NCBI GenBank assembly: GCA_950097015.1
Contig: CATNEN010000038.1
Location: 8,990,001-9,054,000, forward strand
Direction: 5' to 3'
Source of the DNA: Macrostomum hystrix
Taxonomy: Eukaryota; Animalia; Platyhelminthes
Length of the DNA: 64,000 bases
The notes beneath the pieces are model-generated. The model was not told the DNA's origin. It searched no databases and saw only the letters and a list, made by a program, of their open reading frames with translations. The first letter of the stretch is position 1. Every line of letters begins with the position of its first letter. Below are positions 35,328 to 49,368 of the stretch, piece by piece. The translations under genes and the position numbers were made by a program.

Positions 35328-36169
35328 CGCTCTCATCTCTCACGACCTGCACTAAATAGCTCGGCTTTGCCTTTGACAAAGATCAAAAAGTTTTGACTGC
35401 ACCGCGCGCGAGCCGCTTAAAAAGCTGTAGGCTCGTGCCACTTTAGTGCCCGTCGAGAATCCTGTGACGTCACTTAGTGGCCATCCCGAGCGGTTAATTG
35501 TGCCGGGAGGGAATTCGCGAGCCAACTTGAGACCCACAACAAATCCCAGGGGGTCTGGGAGGCTGCACGCCCCGCCGCTTGCGAAGGGTCAGTGGACGAT
35601 TTTTAATTAAGGGGTTCCGGGTCGAGTCTGATCGGCCGGTGCAAAGCTTTTTAGCTCCCCGATTGAATCAGTGCGGAATAATCGCCGGGTCTCAGAGATG
35701 ACGGCAAAATTCGCCATCTTTCAGGGGCGGAGTCGCACTGATCTCTGCGATTGCAGGAATTCTGCCGCAGGCTTTGGTAAATATGGATTGCGTCATTTTT
35801 TTGGTGAAGTCACTCGGAGTGGGTCTCAGGGCTCATGGCTGCTCACGCTAGATTTGCCCGCACTCAGCCTTCTCTGCAGTCTTTGTCTCATTGGGATCTG
35901 AAATGTCATCCTATAGGAATTATAATTATGAAAGATGGATTTTAGTCCTTGTCATTTCTGTCACAGCCAAGAGTTCTGGATTCCTGGCGGGCATCGAACT
36001 TGAAGAATCTGATTTATAGTTGGAAATCCCTTTCATTCTCAAATAGATTGTGAAGCTTTAGTGTGTGAATTTCGGGATTTAGATTGATGAAGGCAAATGT
36101 TCTTGTTCTTGATGAAGGCAGAAGGAGCAAATAAATTTAGGCCATTTTTTCAGGTAAGCTCGGTGCTTG

Positions 36170-36375
36170 TTAGAAACGCGTTCCCGAGCTCGTATTCCGC
36201 GGTCAGGACACATTTATTTGAGGCGCAGAAGCGGAGAGAATGATTGGGGGCGTGCAATTTACGCCCTTAAAGGCCAACCTCCAAGTCAGGGCAGGTGTAC
36301 TCACCTGTGTGAGCGTATGCCTGCGTACAGTATCTGTGTGCGTGTGTGCTCACGGAAAGTTCTGCTCCAGGAAAA
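36170..36375 (+). mobile_element. Internally deleted SINE family A copy
   Basis: GAGCTCGTATTCCGCGG..CACATTTATTTGAGGCGCAG..GTCAGGGCAGGTGTAC..GTGTGCTCA. Confidence 0.6.
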
Positions 36376-37834
36376 TTCCGTTATTCCTACTTCTAATAAA
36401 ACGTTACATTGACATTCAAGACCATCTGTGATCTCTTCCGTTTCTGAAAATAACTTTTTTAGAATTCTCAAACAGTATTTTTGTTTTACTATTCGGTGTT
36501 ACACAATTCGGTTCGATCTCATTAAACAATATAACAAAAGGTTAATTGTGTGAATTTCTTAAAATCAGAATGGAATTCTTTATCGCGATCTTCTGAGTCG
36601 TTGGTTCGTTTGTCTCGGCAATCAATCATAGAGTTTCCTGTCCCATCCTCTATCAGGCCCTGAGATTGCTCGGCAACCGCGAAGCAGTTTGATAAAAAAC
36701 AATGGAGAATTGGGCCAATTCTTCCGTCGCAACCGCTCCAGGCAGACACGCGCTCATAATGACGACCCGACAAGGCAAGAAACAAGTTGATTATATTCTC
36801 ATTGTCAATTCTTTTATCTTCATCTGCCTGACCAGTCTGTCGTCTGTCGACCTCAAACTTCAAACTCAAACAAGCTGATCGACTATGATATAGTTTGGGA
36901 TTTTTTTCTAACAATTGTTAACCTCCATTAATTTGGCCGCAAGAATCCATGGAAACTAAAAAATGGGAGTATAGAGTCCTGTTATGAGCTATAGTATTTC
37001 CACAACATCTGATCGAGTGCTCAGAGAAACCACTCAGGAGAGAAAAGACAAGTGGCATGCAGCGTAATTGTCTTGAGAACATGCATAGTTTGAGCACTGG
37101 GATGGGAACATGAGCCTCAACAGGCTGCCAATTGGTCCGAAGCAGCTTAGAAAAATCCTTCGTATCGTATGTCCTAGGGAAATCTTGAAGCCTTGATGCC
37201 TCCAACACCCCCGCAGGGTGGCGGCGTTTAACAGTCGAGTTTTAGCCACCCTGGCAACAACATATACAGAATTCCTTTTACGGAATTCTGCATTGGGAAA
37301 GATTTGGTGGCTGTCTGTTTAAGAAATTTTATTGCAGTCATGTCTTCCGTGAAAACAACTTTTCTGTACTCAGATAGAGTTGTTGAGTAGGTGCGAAAGT
37401 GGTCCTAATAATTTCTCATGCTATTTAACTGAGCAAATGGAATTTTCAAATCAAAATTATTCTGTTTGTTTTTGTTGGTAAAAGTGAGGAATTTTTCGAA
37501 TCTTTCGAAGCTACGAGCTTTTAGATTGCATAATCAAAATATGTCAATAAAATCATTGGACTCAATGGAGACACAAAATTGGTTTGTAAAACTTTACTGG
37601 CCAACTTCTTTTTCTCACATTTTCCCGCCCTGTTTGACCACTTTATTTGTTTGCCCTTAGCCGCATTGTGAACAAGTGGTTTTAACTTTGTGAGCCAAAT
37701 AAACAGCTTGCAGTGTCAAGCCTTCGAAGGGAGATATTTAGGCGAAATTTGGTTAGCAAAAGCTGAGCAACTGGCAGAGAAAAATGGGAGAGTGGAAAAG
37801 AGTGGAAGAGAAATAGAAAATTAAAAAAAAATTG

Positions 37835-39195
37835 GAGAGTGGGAGAGTGGGGGAGAGTGGGAGACAGTGGCAGAAAGTGGGGGAGAGTGGTAGACAGTGG
37901 GAGAAAGTGGGGGAGAGTGGTAGACAGTGGGAGAAAGTGGGGGAGAGTGGTAGACAGTGGGAGAGAGTGGGGAGAATGGGGGGGAGTGTGTGGGAGAGTG
38001 GGAGACAGTGGGAGAAACTGGGGGAGACAGTGGGAGAAACTGGGGGAGAGTGGTAGACAGTGGGAGAGAGTGGGGGGAGAGTGGTAGACAGTGGGAGAGA
38101 GTGGGGGAGAGTGGTAGACAGTGGGAGAAAGTGGGGGAGAGTGGTAGACAGTGGGAGAGAGTGGGGGGAGAGTAGTGGGAGAAACTGGGGGAGAGTGGTA
38201 GACAGTGGGAGAAACTGGGGGAGAGTGGTAGACAGTGGGAGAGAGTGGGGGGAGAGTGGTAGACAGTGGGAGAGAGTGGGGGGAGAGTGGTAGACAGTGG
38301 GAGAGAGTGGGGGAGAGTGGTAGACAGTGGGAGAAAGTGGGGGAGAGTGGTAGACAGTGGGAGAGAGTGGGGGGAGAGTAGTGGGAGAAACTGGGGGAGA
38401 GTGGTAGACAGTGGGAGAAAGTGGGGGAGAGTGGTAGACAGTGGGAGAGAGTGGGGGGAGAGTAGTGGGAGAAACTGGGGGAGAGTGGTAGACAGTGGGA
38501 GAAACTGGGGGAGAGTGATAGACAGTGGGAGAAAGTGGGGGAGAGTGGTAGACAGTGGGAGAAACTGGGGGAGAGTGGTAGACAGTGGGAGAAAGTGGGG
38601 GAGAGTGCTAGACAGTGGGAGAAAGTGGGGGAGAGTGGTAGACAGTGGGAGAGAGTGGGGGGAGAGTGGTAGACAGTGGGAGAAAGTGGGGGAGAGTGGA
38701 AGACAGTGGGAGAAACTGGGGGAGAGTGATAGACAGTGGGAGAAAGTGGGGGAGAGTGGTAGACAGTGGGAGAAACTGGGGGAGAGTGGTAGACAGTGGG
38801 AGAAAGTGGGGGAGAGTGCTAGACAGTGGGAGAAAGTGGGGGAGAGTGGTAGACAGTGGGAGAGAGTGGGGGGAGAGTGGTAGACAGTGGGAGAAAGTGG
38901 GGGAGAGTGGAAGACAGTGGGAGAAACTGGGGGAGAGTGGTAGACAGTGGGAGAGAGTGGGGAGAATGGGGGGGAGTGTGTGGGAGAGTGGGAGACAGTG
39001 GGAGAAAGTGTGGAGTAGTGGGAGACAGTGGGGGAGAGTGGGAGATATTTGGAGACAGTAGGGGAGAGTGGGGGAGAGTGGGAGACAGTGGGGGAGAGTG
39101 GGGGAGAGTGGTGGAGAGTGGGAGACAGTGGGGGAGAGTGGGGGAGAGTGGGAGACAGTGGGGGAGAGTGGGGGAGAGTGGGAGACAGTAGGGGT
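37835..39195. repeat. ~30-bp G-rich minisatellite (GTGGTAGACAGTGGGAGAAAGTGGGGGAGA)n
   Basis: Direct observation. Confidence 0.96.
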
Positions 39196-40014
39196 TATGA
39201 GAGTGGTGAGTTCTTGATGTACAAGAATAAGATACTTCAATAGCAGATAAGATCGGAACTGCATTTCAGGCCAGACGCTCTGTAGTGAGCACTAACAGCA
39301 CTAACGGCAGAGTCTACGCAGCTCAGATTAATGCTCCGATACCGTGCTTCGATAATCTCCTCAACCCCTGACGAGTTCTTCGCATCCGGTATCTGAGCAC
39401 ACAGTGAGCTTGCGAATTTTTTCAAACGGTTGATTAAGAGTGGCTTCGAACAATAATGATGATGAATGATGATGTTAGACTCGGCCAGTATATGAATTTG
39501 AGCAGTTTTTGGTTTCTGTGTGCTCTATCCGAACTTCGGACTCAAAAGCATGCGGCTCTCAATCAAGGCCGTCTCAATTTCTCGGAGCCCCCACAGCCCC
39601 CCCGAACTGCTCAACTCCAACAGTTGGTGGGAGGGGCTGCTTCGAGAGATCTGGCACGCCAACTTCTCAATTTTAGTCAGTCATTTTCCTCTTGAGCAGA
39701 TGGTTGCGCTTGAGCGGCTATTTTCATCTCGTCTTCACTTTCTGAGAAGCCCCCACTGCCGAGCTGGACTCAAAAACAGAGCGCTCATTATGCGTGCCTG
39801 ATTAGGGAAAATTCTTTTCGATAGCCGCCTTTGTGGAATAAAACTTTGTAGAACGACATGGGTATGAAAAAAATGAGACCGTAAAGCAACCATTATCAAA
39901 CTGCTTCACAAAAATATATTATTATATTATCATGGGCCCGGTTTGTCTATTTCTCATTCTTATTTTCCGAGAGGAAAATATTAACTCTTTCTTGACAATC
40001 GTATTTCTTTTCTG

Positions 40015-40806
40015 CTAATCCCATCTCCCTCCTGAAAATCCCACCTCCTTGATATTCCCATCTCCCTCCTGAAAAGCCCACCTCCCTCCTGATAATCCCA
40101 TCTCCTTCCTGATAATCCCACCTCCCTCCTTATAATTCAATCTCCTTCCTGATAATTCCATCTCCTTCCCTCTAATCCCACCTCCTTCCCGATAATACCA
40201 TCTCCTTCCCTCTAATCCCATCTCCTTCCCGATAATCCATTTCCTTACCGATAATCCCATCTCCTTCCCGATAATCCATTTCCTTACCGATAATCCCATC
40301 TCCTTCCCGATAATACCATCTCCTTCCCTCTAATCCCATCTCCTTCCCGATAATCCATTTCCTTACCGATAATCCCATCTCCTTCCCGATAAACCATTTC
40401 CTTACCGATAATCCCATCTCCTTCCCGATAATACCATCTCCTTCCCTCTAATCCCATCTCCTTCCCGATAATACCATCTCCTTCCCTCTAATCCCATCTC
40501 CTTCCCGATAATCCATTTCCTTACCGATAATCCCATCTCCTTCCCGATAAACCATTTCCTTACCGATAATCCCATCTCCTTCCCGATAATACCATCTCCT
40601 TCCCTCTAATCCCATCTCCTTCCCGATAATCAATTTCCTTACCGATAATCCCATCTCCTTCCCGATAAACCATTTCCTTACCGATAATCCCATCTCCTTC
40701 CCGATAATACCATCTCCTTCCCTCTAATCCCATCTCCTTCCCGATAATCAATTTCCTTGCCGATAATCCCATCTCCTTCCCGATAAACCATTTCCTTACC
40801 GATAAT
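40015..40806. repeat. ~20-bp composite minisatellite (GATAATCCCATCTCCTTCCC)n with higher-order structure
   Basis: Direct observation. Confidence 0.93.
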
Positions 40807-41573
40807 GCCACCCGTCCTGATTCCCTTTCCTGTCCCACCTCCTTTTTTGATATATAATTCTATTTCCTCTCAATAATCCTATCTTTCTCGATAGGGGAAG
40901 AATTGAAACGAATTCCCACTTTGTGCCCGTTGCGTTTATTGTGAGAAAGATAAAGGGGAAAATTATCCTCAACGCTGGCAAATTATCGCCATCGAACAAT
41001 GACCGCAGCGAAACGCTGACAATCCTTTGGGGATAATTAAGACTCGAATTGTTACTATAGGCATGCAGACCAGGTTAGGGCTAATTATAATCCAATCTAC
41101 AATTAGCCTAGGTTAAGCGCTCACCTTGACCATCTAGAGTCTATATAAATTTAGTTGTCATGCGATCAGCCAACCGGTTGACAGAGCAATTAAAAACTTT
41201 TTCTGTTAAAATAAAAACAAGCTGATTCGCTAGATTTAGGACTCAAAATTAAAAGCCGGCTGTGAGCCTGCAACTGGTTCTTTGTCGGCCAGGATCTGAC
41301 GCAAGCGAAAAAATCGATTTAAATCAATAAATTAGCGTTAGGTAGGCAAATCGTTGTCCTTTGCCTGACCTCCTATTGCCACGCCCCCACTGGTCTATCG
41401 CGTGTGTGTCTGCTTTGGCGTGAGCACACACAACAGGCAGTTGCGTGAGATTGAGTTGTTAAACCGAGTATTCTAGGTTCTGAAGATTATACGAGCGTAA
41501 GTGGAAGACACATTTTTATTTTTGGCTTTAAGCCAAATTGATTTCAGTTCAACTTATTTTTTGCTTGCTTCGT

Positions 41574-42500
41574 CAGACCCAGTAATACGGTCTTAACAGA
41601 CCCTGTAATACTGTCTTCACAGATCCTGTAATACGGTCTTCACAGACCCTGTAATACTGTCTTCACAGATCCTGTAATACGGTCTTCACAGACCCTGTAA
41701 TACTGTCTTCACAGACCCTGTAATACGGTCTTAACAGACCCTGTAATACTGTCTTCACAGATCCTGTAATACGGTCTTCACAGACCCTGTAATACTGTCT
41801 TCACAGACCCAGTAATACGTTCTTAACAGACCCTGTAATACTGTCTTCACAGATCCTGTAATACGGTCTTCACAGACCCTGTAATACTGTCTTCACAGAC
41901 CCAGTAATACGGTCTTAACAGACCCTGTAATACTGTCTTCACAGATCCTGTAATACGGTCTTCACAGACCCTGTAATACTGTCTTCACAGACCCAGTAAT
42001 ACGGTCTTAACAGACCCTGTAATACTGTCTTCACAGATCCTGTAATACGGTCTTCACAGACCCTGTAATACGGTCTTCACAGACCCTGTAATACGGTCTT
42101 CACAGACCCTGTAATACTGTCTTCACAGACCCTGTAATACTGTCTTCACAGATCCTGTAATACGGTCTTCACAGACCCTGTAATACGGTCTTCACAGACC
42201 CTGTAATACGGTCTTCACAGACCCTGTAATACGGTCTTCACAGACGCTGTAATACTGTCTTCACAGACCCAGTAATACGGTTTTCACAGACCCTGTAATA
42301 GGGTCTTCACAGACCCTGTAATACGGTCTTCACAGACCCTGTAACACGGTCTTCACAGACGCTGTAATACGGTCTTCACAGACCCTGTAACACGGTCTTC
42401 ACAGACCCTGTAATACGGTCTTCACAGACCCTGTAACACGGTCTTCACAGACCCTGTAATACGGTCTTCACAGACCCTGTAAGATAGTATTCACAGACCG
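41574..42500. repeat. 23-bp minisatellite (GTCTTCACAGACCCTGTAATACG)n
   Basis: Direct observation, ~40 units. Confidence 0.97.
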
Positions 42501-43234
42501 TGAAAGGCAGTCGAAAAAGATTTAAGAAAGCGAGAAAACAATAAATAAAATAAAAATCAGTTAAAGGCACACAGAAGCGGCATATAATTTAGTGCTAGTT
42601 GATTTAGGTGTGCAAAATAAGCTGTGTACTGATTCTGTTATATTGTAGTCTGATAAAACATGTATTGTAGCCTCATTAATACGCAAATGTTAATTTAAAT
42701 ATGTCCTTAATGTTACTGAGTAAGCATTTGAGAAGAGACCAAACTCGAGGCCAAACCTGAAAATCAAATCAAGTTAGTAAAGCATCACAAGGGTCAACTA
42801 AAGTCTGAATAATGTACTCGTAGTATAGTCTATAGATAAATTTATACATGTGAGTAGAAATTAGTCACAAAAATCTATGAAACTGAAATGGAATAGATTT
42901 AATATACGCTCGTAAAATGGAAGACGAGAAAAAAATACGAAGGAATATTGAAAAAATACCCCTAACAATGGGACAAAACTGTGACCAAATTTGTTCCTCT
43001 AAATGTGACACGAAATTTTTTAGTCAGCAAAGAGCAGCTACTGAAATTCCTAGTGCTGAAAAGCGTGAGCACAATCGCTTTTCAGACAGTTTTTACGAGT
43101 TAGAAACAAGAGATTCTTTAAAGCATAGAAGGGTTTCTAGTTTTAGAATACAAAAAAAATATAGAGAATCTACGCTCATACAAGAAACTGCCGCTCGCTT
43201 CAGAAAAAGTACTGCTTTTAACTATAATTTTTTC

Positions 43235-43972
43235 TTCCCAATCTGTAATTTCTTCCCAATCTGCAATCTCTTCATCCCAATCTGCAATCTGTTCACTCCC
43301 AATCTGCAATCTCTTCACTCCCAATCTGCAATCTCTTCATCCCAATCTGCAATCTCTTCATTCCCAATCTGCAATTTCTTCATCCCAATCTGCAATCTCT
43401 TTATCCCAATCTGCAATCTCTTTATCCCAATCTGCAATCTCTTTATTCCAATCTGCAATCTCTTCATCCCAATCTGCAATCTCTTCATCCCAATCTGCAA
43501 TCTCTTTATCCCAATCTGCAATCTCTTCATTCCCAATCTGCAATTTCTTCATCCCAATCTGCAATCTCTTCATTCCCAATCTGCAATTTCTTCATCCCAA
43601 TCTGCAATCTCTTTATCCCAATCTGCAATCTCTTTATTCCAATCTGCAATCTCCTCATCCCAATCTGCAATCTCTTCATCCCAATCTGCAATCTCTTCAT
43701 CCCAATCTGCAATCTCTTCATCCCAATCTGCAATCTATTTATCCCAATCTGCAATCTCTTTATTCCAATCTGCAATCTCTTCATTCCCAATCTGCAATTT
43801 CTTCATCCCAATCTGCAATCTCTTTATCCCAATCTGCAATCTCTTTATTCCAATCTGCAATCTCTTCATCCCAATCTGCAATCTCTTCATCCCAATCTGC
43901 AATCTCTTTATCCCAATCTGCCATCTCTTTATCCCAATCTGCCATCTCTTTATCCCAATCTGCCATCTCTTC
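43235..43972. repeat. 21-bp minisatellite (CCCAATCTGCAATCTCTTCAT)n just downstream of the SCAMP-A stop
   Basis: Direct observation. Confidence 0.96.
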
Positions 43973-44047
43973 TATTTAATCATCCGTTCCTTCAATACCA
44001 AAAACGCTCCTTCCTTGAGTACCCAGTTATCAGCGATGCCGATGGCT

Positions 44048-47000
44048 TCAGTCCACTCTACTACCGCCGCTAGCCATAGCCGAGAAGGTCGAACTGGCCG
44101 CGCTAGCCGCAGCGCCGCGCACCGTCTCGTTGGCGGCCACGCCCTGGCTAAACTCTTCACGGGCCTTAGCGAGGCTCGCGCCCGAACTGCGGTAGATGCG
44201 GTGCACCTGTGGGCAGATGAATTTCAAAATGAAGATCACGCAATATACTAGTATTTGTTTTGTGAAAAACTGACTACTGACAAACTGAATAGTATAATGC
44301 AACCCTCATAGACATTGGAAGGCAACCCTCATAGACAGGGGAAGCTGATCCTCATAGACAGGGGAAGCTGATCCTCATAGACAGGGGAAGGCGATCCTCA
44401 AAGACAGGGGAAGCTGATCCTCATAGACAGGGGAAGCTGATCCTCATAGACAGGGGAAGGCGATCCTCATAGACAGGGGAAGATGATCCTATTAGATAGG
44501 GGAAGCTGATCCTATTAGAGAGGGGAAGCTGATCCTCATAGACAGGGGAAGGCGATCCTCAAAGACAGGGGAAGCTGATCCTCATAGACAGGGGAAGGCG
44601 ATCCTCATAGACAGGGAAGGTGATCCTCATATACAGGGGAAGCTGACCCACATAGACAGGGGAAGGAAGCCCTTACGGACATGGGAATGCGGTCCTCACA
44701 GACAAGAGAAGGCAATCTTCTATTACAGATTAAAGCTTGTCACAAAGGTCTCACCCGGATGATGAGCAGGATGTCGAAAATGGTGAGCATTGTGAAATTG
44801 CCCGCAATGACCATCATGAAGATGCCGGCGCCCAAATTGATTCGCACAGTGGAAACGCTGTTGATCCAGCCGCAGGAGCCCAGGTAATTGATGCCGAGGC
44901 ACTGTACAATCAAGATGACGATATGCACAGAGAACAGCAAGAAAAATAGACAAAAGTTAAAGCTGCTGTCACTTCTGCAAAAGAAAATGTTCCAAAAATA
45001 ACTGGTTAAGGCGATAGACGGCTTGACAGATAAGCGTAGCTACGGGGTGTATTTTAAGGACAATACACTTACCTAAAAGCCTTGTAGAGCGGCCGGAACC
45101 AGCACAGGTAAGAGCAGGGCACTAGAATGATGCACAGCAACAAGGACATGCCAAACACAGTGCCAGAAATGAGACCGTCGGTGCCACCAACCACGCCGAA
45201 GTAAGTAGCGGTGCCGATGATGTTAAGCAGCAGTAGCAAGGTGTGCGCAATCCACAGGTAGTAACCAATTTTAACAACTAGCCTGTAGTTAGCCGGAATC
45301 TCCAAGTCAAAGTCCTGATAGAAGCAGGGACCAATCGGACAGAAGGAGGGCAGCGGCGGCCAGTTGTTTGCTGACTCTGCGCGGGAATTTGGGGCATGTT
45401 TTAAATAGTTGCTTAAAGACACTGCAAGAATTTTCGGAAAGGAAAAGAGAATGTTTAACCTAACAGTCGAGGTCTCTCACATCAATGGTGAAAAAACTCC
45501 AATAGTTTCCCTTACGTCTCTATAGGGGCCAACCTCTAAGACACATGTCAGACGATGAAAAAGTCAGGGCAGATCTACAGACAAGGGAAAGTCATCCTAG
45601 TGTTACCAAGGGGATTAAGAAATTGGCTTCCGATTAATCAACTGCTGGGGACTCACGCGAACCGCCCCTAGCAGCGCTGGCCTCCTCCTCCCGGCGTCGC
45701 TGTTCAGCTTCCCGGCGCTCGAGCTCGCGCGATTTAGCTTCCAGCTCGCGTTGGCGCCTCTCCAGCTCGTCGCTAGAGATGCGCTGCTGGGAGCTGGCTG
45801 TGTAAGCTGGCGGCGCAGACGGCAGCGTTGGTGGCATCGGCTGCTGCTGCGCTTTTTTATCGAAAGGATTAAACTCGCCAGTGGCTTGGCTACTGCCACC
45901 GCCTCGGGCCTGCTGCACCGATGGGTCCTAGGCGCAATTAAGCAAATTGAGTTAGATTAACTGCATGCTGCCACATCAACCTAATGCAGATACTTTTTGC
46001 ACTCTTGGTACAAAGGTATTTGTTTGGCAGAATGCTTGGCATTTTGTACATGACAATGATTCTAGGGATTTTGAAAATTCCATTGCTAGTCAGCTCAAAG
46101 GCTACATGCCTTTGATAGTTATAACTTTTTGAGAAACTACTAATATGAATTACGTTTTTATACATTTATCTATCAGAAGAACTTTAAAAAAAGATTCAAT
46201 TGGTCAAATTCAAAAGGTCAAAAAGTCAATTGGAGATGACAATAGATGGCATGGTGCACATATGACACCACTGTATAGCATCCTCAGTTGAGACTTAAGG
46301 TTTAATGTTTTAGAAAGTGAAATAGGGCCTCTTTCAAAGAAATTGTTTACTGCAAAAATAAATACTTTGTTTATATTCACCACTTTTGATCCAAAACACC
46401 ACTTTTGTTTTAATGCACCAATGCACAGAAAATAGAAAAGTTTTACTGAAGTGGAGAAACTTAAGGAGGGATACAAAGAATAGGTATAAATAAACATGTG
46501 TGAGGAAGTAAAAAATTAACTTTTAGTCATGTGAGAACAATGTTCAGAATAAGAAAGTTTGAAATAGTGAAGTGTTTGCCTTAAAGTTATTTCAAGAGAC
46601 ATTAATAAAGTGAAGTGAATAAAGTGAAAGAAGGAGAGCTGTAACCCTAGTTCCACTGGTAAGCCCAAGACAGACTGACGAATAACTGAAAAGTGATTGA
46701 ATAATAACTGAAGAGTGATAAGACTTTATAAAGATTGATAAAAGCAATAGAGAATGAAAAATATAAAAATAGTGATAAAGATTGATAATGACTGATAAAA
46801 ATTACTTACATAAATAATACAGTAAAGTTATAATTGCAAGTAAATTATAAATATCAGCCATATTGAAGATATAATGCTACAATATGAAATATATAAATGC
46901 TACCAATCTGAATTTGAAATAAGACATTCATAAAGTAAATAACTGAAGACACTTATAAGTTAGTCATAAGAGAATTTATGAATTAAAAGTCTCCAAAACA

Positions 47001-47504
47001 TATTTATTAGAACAGTCCTAGGACAAATTTACTTTACTGGTTGACAAGTCTTTTTTGTTTCTAATTTTTAAACACATTTTCCTAGCTTTTTAATATACTC
47101 TATGGTACTGGCTATAAATAGCTTAAAGTTGCTACTACTATTTTTTAATAATGAAATTGAATCACAAATCAATTAACTGTTTATAATTTATGTGTATAAA
47201 TGTAGTAGAGATGCATTTCTCACTCTTTTTGAAAGTCTAATTCGTTCCTATGCTCTTTGTTTAAATGTGCTAAATATTGTTTATACATTTCACTTACAAG
47301 CTTTCTCAGAGAAATATATTTTGCTGCAAATTACATTGAGCACATCACATCATTAGTGGCAGGCAGCGTGTTCCATCCCTTGAGTCGACCATGTCATGCT
47401 ATAACGACTTATGTCATGAATTACGAGTTAGCTATCATTAATATTCTTACCGAGAATGGACTGTTAGTCGAAGAAGCAGCAAATGGGTTTTCAAAATCAG
47501 ACAT
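44048..47504 (-). CDS. SCAMP: Secretory carrier-associated membrane protein (SCAMP), paralog A, 5 exons, ~335 aa
   Basis: Exons 47504-47451, 45927-45657, 45376 (or 45370)-45073, 44974-44755, 44206-44048. MSDFENPFA..DPSVQQ..NPF, coiled coil ELERRQRELEAKSRELERRE, NNWPPLP..PCFYQD, E-peptide CWFRPLYKAFRSDSSFNF, four TM segments, VHRIYRSSGASLAKAREEF. Confidence 0.95.
44300..44700. repeat. 23-bp minisatellite (GATCCTCATAGACAGGGGAAGCT)n in the last intron of SCAMP-A
   Basis: Direct observation. Confidence 0.93.
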
Positions 47505-49007
47505 ATTAGCGCAGAATATTAACTTGTCTGTGAATCACCTAAAGGAATGCAGCAATTTATTTAGTAACTCAAAACCGTTTTTATATTCTTCAAAATATGT
47601 AAATGTGCTATTTAATTGGCTAGATCCTGGCAGGCTGGCAATTTTGTTTCTAAGACAGGAAATTCGAATTTCAGTTCAAATAAATTATGACAACAATTAA
47701 ACAAATTTACTAAACTTAGGTTGTGACATTTTGCACTGTCGCGGTAAAAAAAATTTCAGTGCATTTTTTTTCATTTATTTATTCAGAAATACTTGTTGTA
47801 GAATTGTAAACTAATGAAATTAATTAGCCAAGCTTTTTTTATATGTCGCGCTTGTTTTCTGCCAATATTAACACGAAAAATTATCGGCTGGGCCGCTGGA
47901 TTATGAATTATGAATAAATGATCAAACGATATAGAGGCATTAGTTTCTGATGCTCTAGGCTAGAACTTGATCAATCAAGTCGACGTTTGGCTAATTACCA
48001 ACATCATCGGATTTAAATACCACGTCACGATTAAGTTCTTTTGTATAATCTGCGCGCGCAAACCAGCCGCTAATTTTTCGTTCAATCGCTTTAATTTTCA
48101 GGTAACCTTTGTGGTTTGTTTCTGACACAAAAATGATTGGAAATTACTGTTGAGAAGTTTTTTTGCAAGATGCATTTGAGTGGGCTGTGTCTTGGAACTG
48201 GGTGGGACGCCAGTCGACTAGGCCAGTTACACCTCCTTAGTTTTACCAACTGCCCATGCCCTTTTTTATCTTTTGATCATTCATTGTACTAATTCATAAT
48301 GTAGCCGATAATTTATCGTTTTATAATGGCAGAAAAGAATTGAACTACAGAAAAAAGCTAGGCTAATTAAGAAGCGAAGATTATCCGCTAAGATCAAAAC
48401 CTGATCTGCGTTTGCAAGCTCGGCTGCCTTAATTGATTACATTTGCTGACAGCTTTAATCTTAATGTGAATTAAGCAGTAGTTTTTCTTTCATAGGTGAA
48501 AACTATGAGCATTGCAAGCTCGTACAAGCATTAAACATTATCTTTACACAATCTAGCAGTACGGGCACTGTTGCACATGCAGGTTTTGCAACCTTCGAGG
48601 GTTTGCAGGTATAAACGTATAGCAGCTGTCCATTGGTCAAATGTTCAATTGGAGATGACCAATACAAGACAAAAGGCTTAGCTCTTTAGCTCTGGAAGGC
48701 TTCAAAGACCCTGCAAGGCACTCTTTGAAGAAACCGTACGGTTCCAAGACCAAGACCAATATCTGAGCGGGTACAGGCACAGCGGATGGTCTATCTATAT
48801 TAGCCTATTTAGCTCGAAACAGCTAAATGACAAGACCAAAAAAATTGTAAAACTTAACTCAGAAGTCAACCCCATGCAGCAATCAAGGGGTCATATGCAA
48901 CCCAAGGGGCGAAGAAAGAGAGCTGGCTGAGGGTCAGAGGGTTAGAGCGATATCTGAAGGCTTTCACTCCCGGTCTCATTGAGCGTCTTATTCTCATTTT
49001 GATATTG

Positions 49008-49368
49008 CTGGTCTTCAAAGACCCTCGATGGCGGTCCTCAAAGATCTTAGATGCCGGTCTTCGAAGAGCCTGGATGCCGATTTGCAAAGACCCTGAATGG
49101 CGGTTCTCAAAGATCCTGGATGGCGGTCCTCAAAGATCCTGGATGCCGGTCTTCGAAGACCCTGGATGCTGGTCTTCAAAGACCGTGGATGGCGGTTCTC
49201 AAAGATCCTGGATGGCGGTCCTCAAAGATCCTGGATGCCGGTCTTCGAAGACCCTGGATGCTGGTCTTCAAAGACCGTGGATGGCGGTCCTTAAAGATCC
49301 TGGATGCCGGTGTTCGAAGATCCTGGATGCCGGTGTTCGAAGACCCTGGATGTCGGTCCTTAACGACC
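49008..49368. repeat. 23-bp minisatellite (GTCTTCGAAGACCCTGGATGCCG / GTCCTCAAAGATCCTGGATGGCG) with a 92-bp higher-order repeat
   Basis: Direct observation; CGGTTCTCAAAG recurs at 49101 and 49193. Confidence 0.92.

Noticed and set aside
36522-37249. ORFs of 71-130 aa
   Set aside because: No recognisable domain or consistent exon structure; possibly an old element.
41574-42500. Regular arrays as CRISPR
   Set aside because: No unique spacers, no cas genes, eukaryotic context.
47257-47700. 147-aa plus-strand ORF
   Set aside because: Antisense to SCAMP-A exon 1, AT-rich, no recognisable motif.
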